Positions 37,066-40,046 of a stretch of DNA of 40,046 bases are shown here, piece after piece. The stretch's first letter is position 1. Every line of letters begins with the position of its first letter. Source of the DNA: Burkholderiales bacterium (GTDB lineage: Bacteria > Pseudomonadota > Gammaproteobacteria > Burkholderiales > SG8-39); the NCBI GenBank assembly GCA_035554335.1, contig DATMIG010000191.1, forward strand, positions 1 to 40,046. Reading direction: 5' to 3'. Made by a program: the position numbers and the translations under genes. The notes under the pieces are model-generated. The model had not been told where the DNA came from, ran no database searches, and saw nothing but the letters and a program-made list of their open reading frames with translations.

Positions 37066-39201
37066 TTAGCGCGCCAACGGCTCGGGACGCAGCTGCACCT
37101 TCACGATCTTGGGATAGTTGGACTTTCCGCCTTCCAGGTGGAAGTTCACGCGCGTGCCCGAAGTTGTCCACAGGGCGCGTCCCTTCCAGCCGGCGGCCGG
37201 ATCGTCCACGCGGCCGTCGACGTTCTTCGGGAACAGGCCCGACGGATACGGCAGGCGCAGGACGAGGAACTTGCCGTCGACGAACGGCATGATCGAGTCG
37301 GAGCCGTTGCCCATGACGATCGGCACGTCCTTGCCGAGGCCCAGCACATTGAAGCGATCGACCCAGACGTAATAGGGAATCTCCGCGCTGCCGTCGTCCT
37401 TCACGTCGCGCATCTGCGGACCGGGAAGCTTGTGCAGCGTCCAGCCTTCCGGGCAATGCTTGCCGGTGGCGGTCGGCCCGTTCAGCACCTTGCACTTGCG
37501 GCGATCGAATTCACCGAGGTGACCGCTCGAAAGCGCAACCCAGTACACGCCATCGGCGGCGATGTCGCCTCCGCGCGGCCCGTAGCCGGGCAGCGGCGGC
37601 TCGTACACCTCGGTGAGCGCGGTGTGGATTGGATCCGGCCCCGGCGCGATGCGAATGATGGAGCCGGGATAACCGATCACGGTGCCCCACACCGAGTCGT
37701 CGGTGAGCTGCGGCGCGATCGCGTACGGGTTCAGCATCACCTGCTTGTCCTTCTTCGGATCGAGCGGCTGATCGGCCCGCGCGTAGTCGCCACGCTTTCC
37801 ATCCCCATTCGTGTCGAGGATGAACGGCGTCCAGCCCTGCGAGGCGCGCTCGTCCTTCGTCTGCTCGAACTTCTTCACGTCGAGCCAGCCGATCACGCCC
37901 GGCCCGACGACGCCGGCGCTGGTCCAGAGGACGCCGTTCCTGTCGAAGTTGAGGTGATGCGTCGGGAAGCAGGTGCGCACCAGCGTCCACTGGTTGGTGT
38001 ACGGATCGAACATGCCCAGATGCCGGTTGGCGCCGCCGGTCAGCGGGAAGGCCTTCGCCGACTCGTTGCCCGGCGCCTTGCCGCACCAGTCGGGATTCGC
38101 GTCCGGGGTGATGCGCGAGGTAAACCAGGTGCGCGCCCTCTCGTCCATCATCGGGTTGTGGTTGAGGGTGTGGCCTTCCCAGTACGGCTTGTCGCCCCAG
38201 TAGGCCGACTCGCCATAGGGCGCCGACTTCACCGACGGGGTGTTCGGGTCGCGCAGCGGGTGCAGGATCTCGATCGCGCGGTTGGTGCGCGGATCGACGA
38301 CGCCGACGCGGTCGGTCGAATCCTCGGGCGAGTTGTACACCGCGCCGCCCGGGTTCACCCGCGGATTGCGCCGGTCGGTCGATACCACGTCGTGCGCGTA
38401 GAACTGCGGATGCGAGTAGTCCCACATCGTGATGACGAGGTTGCGCTCGAGGCCCTCCGGGCGCCGCGGCTTGTCGAACGGCAGCTCGCCCTTCGCCACG
38501 CGGTCGGTCCAGTCGGCGAAGTTGCCGATCGCGCGCTCGCCGTCCAGCCTGCTGATGTCGCGCGCCATGAGCGCCTGTGCACTCCCCGCGCGCAGGCGAT
38601 TGCGCCACGCCTCGTGCGAATTGCCGTTGCCCATCTTCATGAAGAGCGCCGGTACCGTGCGGGTGCCCGGCGTGCCGAGCGCATGGCAAGACTGGCAGGC
38701 GCCCGACTTGATGGTGTTCAGCCACTGCTGCTGGCTCGACACCGGCCCGAGCGGAAACTCGTTTGCCGCCGGCACCTTGAGCATGGAGAACCAGTACATC
38801 GCGGGGTAGTGCTCGGCCGCCTCCCGCGCATTCGCCTCGCGGCCCGCGCGCAGGTTGAGGTTGCTGCCTGGCGTCGCGCTCACCTTCTGCGAGTCGATGA
38901 GCCCGTAGCCGCGCACCCAGACCGCGTAATTGGCCTTCGGCAGGTCGGGCACGGCGAAGCGACCCTGGTCGTCCGTGACGACCACCTTGTAGAAGGGCGT
39001 CGGCAGGTCCTTTGTCTCCGCGATCACCCAGACGCCGGCTTCCGGGCCCTTGTCGCCCGTCACCGTGCCGGTGATGTCGTCGCCTTCGCTGACCGGTGCC
39101 GCCTGGATCGCGGCGCCGCCGCTTCCGGGCATCTGCTGGCACGAGACGATACCCAGCGCCGCGAGGACCGCCGCGCCGATCAACAGTTTTCTGGATTGCA
39201 T
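37066..39201 (-). CDS. Uncharacterised lipoprotein: CarboxypepD_reg-like beta-sandwich + single heme-c (CxxCH) site + large C-terminal domain
   Basis: 711 aa with lipobox GIVSC and an SD AAGGGGGA. It contains ITGTVTGDKGPEAGVWVIAETKD...RFAVPDLPKANYAVWVRGYG and the single heme motif GACQSCHALG. The roughly 500-aa remainder is rich in W/G/P/D. Confidence 0.75.
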   Translation of the reverse strand: MQSRKLLIGAAVLAALGIVSCQQMPGSGGAAIQAAPVSEGDDITGTVTGDKGPEAGVWVIAETKDLPTPFYKVVVTDDQGRFAVPDLPKANYAVWVRGYGLIDSQKVSATPGSNLNLRAGREANAREAAEHYPAMYWFSMLKVPAANEFPLGPVSSQQQWLNTIKSGACQSCHALGTPGTRTVPALFMKMGNGNSHEAWRNRLRAGSAQALMARDISRLDGERAIGNFADWTDRVAKGELPFDKPRRPEGLERNLVITMWDYSHPQFYAHDVVSTDRRNPRVNPGGAVYNSPEDSTDRVGVVDPRTNRAIEILHPLRDPNTPSVKSAPYGESAYWGDKPYWEGHTLNHNPMMDERARTWFTSRITPDANPDWCGKAPGNESAKAFPLTGGANRHLGMFDPYTNQWTLVRTCFPTHHLNFDRNGVLWTSAGVVGPGVIGWLDVKKFEQTKDERASQGWTPFILDTNGDGKRGDYARADQPLDPKKDKQVMLNPYAIAPQLTDDSVWGTVIGYPGSIIRIAPGPDPIHTALTEVYEPPLPGYGPRGGDIAADGVYWVALSSGHLGEFDRRKCKVLNGPTATGKHCPEGWTLHKLPGPQMRDVKDDGSAEIPYYVWVDRFNVLGLGKDVPIVMGNGSDSIMPFVDGKFLVLRLPYPSGLFPKNVDGRVDDPAAGWKGRALWTTSGTRVNFHLEGGKSNYPKIVKVQLRPEPLAR

Positions 39202-39352
39202 CGCATCCCCCTTGACCGGGATGCTACTAAAGGCGCGCGCCCTGGCGGCGCGCGTTTTGAAGAGTGAACCCGGCGCGGTTCAAGGCCGCGCCGGGGTCAG
39301 TCCACTACCAGGGACCGGGCTTTTGGAGGGCCCGGCAAAGCGAAACCTGCGG

Positions 39353-39553
39353 CTACTCGTCTACCAGCTCGGCCTTCTCGAACTTTGCCTGCGCGAAAGC
39401 GCGCAGCTGGGAAATCGCATCGACCACCTTCGTCCCGTATGCGGGCGCGAACTCGATCACCTTCGAACCGTCGACCACGTCGTCCTGCCTGAGGCAGATG
39501 TAGCCGTTGTCGGCGACGAACACTTCGATATCGGACTGCCCCCGGATGCGCAT
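39353..39553 (-). CDS. Small protein (66 aa), paralog of the partial gene at 39861..40046
   Basis: ATG 39553 is preceded by a strong SD AAGGAGG. Sequence: MRIRGQSDIEVFVADNGYICLRQDDVVDGSKVIEFAPAYGTKVVDAISQLRAFAQAKFEKAELVDE. The track start at 39715 is an extension. Confidence 0.6.
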   Translation of the reverse strand: MRIRGQSDIEVFVADNGYICLRQDDVVDGSKVIEFAPAYGTKVVDAISQLRAFAQAKFEKAELVDE

Positions 39554-39706
39554 TGCGGTGTTGCCTCCTTGCGAGAACCGAATCGTAGGTCGCGCGCCCG
39601 CACGATTCGTCGAAGCGCAAGTATCCCGGGTGGATGAGTCTCGAAGGGGCGACGTCGGAAATGCCTCTCGCGCATATACTGGCGGCCGCAAAAGAAAGGG
39701 ACCGCC

Positions 39707-39829
39707 ATGCGCCACACCACGAAGAACCTGAAGAACCGCCGACGCCTTCAGCAGATCGAGAAGAAGCTGAAGCGGACGAAGAAAGAAGCGAAGCGCGCCA
39801 CGCGGCGCGCCACCAAGGCAGCGGCGTAG
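39707..39829 (+). CDS. Possible 40-aa highly basic peptide
   Basis: Sequence: MRHTTKNLKNRRRLQQIEKKLKRTKKEAKRATRRATKAAA. An SD-like GAAAGGGA lies about 7 nt upstream and GC3 is very high. It is below the track's size cutoff. Confidence 0.35.
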   Translation: MRHTTKNLKNRRRLQQIEKKLKRTKKEAKRATRRATKAAA

Positions 39830-39860
39830 CGCCGGCCGCCGTTCTCGGGCTTACGACGCG

Positions 39861-40046
39861 CTCATTCGTCGATCAGCTCGGCTTTCTCGAATTTCGCCTG
39901 CGCGAACTGCTGCAGGCTGGCGATGGCGCCGGCCACCTTCTGGCCGTAGGCGGGCGCAAACTCGATCGTCTTCTCTCCGTCGACCGTGTCGGTCTGCTTG
40001 AGGCAGATGTAGCCCTCTTCGGAGATGAAGATCTGGATGTCGGGCT
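39861..40046 (-). CDS. Small protein paralog, C-terminal 61 codons (start just beyond the right edge)
   Basis: Own reverse translation: ...PDIQIFISEEGYICLKQTDTVDGEKTIEFAPAYGQKVAGAIASLQQFAQAKFEKAELIDE*. By my count, 40 of 60 aligned residues are identical to 39353..39553. Confidence 0.6.

Overview
This is a GC-rich chromosomal segment (roughly two-thirds G+C by eye). Gene content and order resemble a Betaproteobacterium-type core genome: rppH/proS, surE-pcm-nlpD, tamAB, lon, ppc, degP, uup. About 40 protein genes are supportable, mostly housekeeping or cell-envelope functions. Most very long Arg/Ala/Gly/Pro-rich ORFs in the supplied track are antisense or out-of-frame shadows of the real genes (e.g. 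68..1531+, 4430..6967-, 14610..18371-, 28576..31194+). One real gene, a MalT-like NTPase at 1..1303 on the minus strand, is missing from the track because it runs off the left edge. Several plausible ORFs under 60 aa are also missing. I saw no rRNA, tRNA, CRISPR array, transposase, integrase or phage gene. The signal not explained by the genes lies in the intergenic regions. (1) Two paralogous ~185-nt terminator-ended RNA genes, each preceded by the same 16-bp palindrome, bracket an orphan receiver-only response regulator and a small HTH gene (18.27-19.8 kb). (2) Structured elements carrying anti-Shine-Dalgarno-like CCUCCUCC(C) motifs occur three times: behind degP, in front of an amidohydrolase gene, and behind a pair of unlisted small ORFs. 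Two of them share a nearly identical terminator. (3) Two of these elements end in a compact terminator / -10 box / SD-less ATG arrangement that suggests leaderless downstream genes. (4) Further points are a translationally coupled hsp20-lon pair, a sigmaE-type promoter at degP, an uncharacterised heme-c lipoprotein, and a cluster of tiny paralogous genes at the right edge. All RNA, promoter and structure calls are by-eye inferences and need computation or experiment.
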